NCBI RefSeq assembly: GCF_963921235.1
Contig: NC_086108.1
Span: 26,662,001 to 26,726,000 of the forward strand
Direction: 5' to 3'
DNA: 64,000 nt
Source of the DNA: Mobula hypostoma
Lineage: Eukaryota
The translations under genes and the position numbers were made by a program. This document shows, in pieces, positions 63,201-64,000 of the stretch (positions are counted from its first letter, which is position 1; each line of letters opens with the position of its first letter). The notes beneath the pieces were generated by a model. That model saw nothing but the letters and a program-made list of their open reading frames with translations. It was not told where the DNA came from and ran no database searches.

Positions 63201-64000
63201 TCTGCTAGCATCCTTACCAGCATTCTTTTTCAATCTGTTCTGGCCAACTCCTCTCTCATGCCTCAGTAATTCCCCTTATCCCACTGTGATACTGATACAT
63301 CTGACATTAGCTTCTCCTTCTCAAACTTCTGGGTGAATTCAGTCTTATTATGATGCTTTCCCTCAGGGTACTTTTATCTTTAGCTCTCTAATCAATTCTG
63401 GTTCATTGCACAATACCCAATCCAGAGTAGCCGATCCCCTAGTGGGCTCAACCACGAGCTGCCCTAAAAAGCCATCTTGTAGACACTCTAGAAATGCCCC
63501 CTCCTGGAATCCAGCATCAACCTGATTTTCACTATCTACTTGTATATTGATTACTCCTTCATTATTGTAACATTGCCCTTTTGGCATACATTTTCTGTCT
63601 CCCATTGTAATTTGTAGACCACGTCCTTACCACTGTTTAGGAGACTGTATGGATTTCCCATTAAGGTCTTTTCACCCTTGAAGTTCCTTAGCTCTATCCA
63701 CAGCAATTCAACATGTTCCACCTTATGCCACCTCTTTCTAATGATTTGAGTTCATTTTTTACTGACAGTGCAACACCACCCCCTTGTCTTCCTGTCTGTC
63801 CTTTTGATACAATGTGTGCCCTCGTACGTTAAGCTCCTAGCTATAATCTTTTCTCAGCCATGATTCAATCATGCCTACAATATCATACCTGCCAATCTGC
63901 AATTGTGCTACAAGTTCAGCTACCTTATTTTGCACACTGTACGCATTCAAATATTACACCTTCAATGTTGTATTCACCCTTTTCGTGTTTGTCTGCCTTT
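60296..64000 (-). mobile_element. Older CR1 LINE interrupted by a young antisense CR1
   Basis: IFQESLDSG...[21 protein letters not shown]; collinear with 51767-55560 on both sides of the insertion. Confidence 0.88.
61842..63156 (+). mobile_element. Young 5'-truncated CR1, sister of 16409-17907
   Basis: Nearly identical to 16566-17907; small deletion near 62418 and a frameshift near 62706; (TTCTATGT)n tail. Confidence 0.95.

Noticed and set aside
1..64000. CRISPR arrays, tRNA/rRNA genes, prokaryotic systems
   Set aside because: None seen; the sequence is eukaryotic repeat-rich DNA and tRNA-like pieces belong to SINEs or primer-binding sites

Overview
Eukaryotic intergenic or intronic DNA made up almost entirely of transposable elements, with no confidently identifiable host protein-coding exon. 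The repeat mix (dense CR1 LINEs, Penelope elements with hammerhead tails, Rex1/Babar-like LINEs, HE1-like SINEs) suggests a cartilaginous fish, probably a ray; this is an inference. Three features stand out. (1) A class I endogenous retrovirus (18661-30448) has gag and env but almost no pol. Its 5' LTR is split just after the TATA box by a ~5.9 kb head-to-head Penelope palindrome: two ~2.85 kb arms, a 106 bp spacer, a 14 bp target-site duplication and an intact minimal hammerhead ribozyme near each outer end. The resulting layout is promoter / antisense arm / loop / sense arm / polyA signal. (2) A Gypsy LTR element (30774-32726, ATTAC TSD) carries an intronless RBM25 cDNA fragment in place of its RT and integrase. 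(3) A near full-length HERO-type R2-superfamily retrotransposon is present. The window also holds a hAT/Charlie relic, two young near-identical CR1 copies and several nested insertions with readable TSDs. All family calls are motif recognition by eye; no database searches were run.
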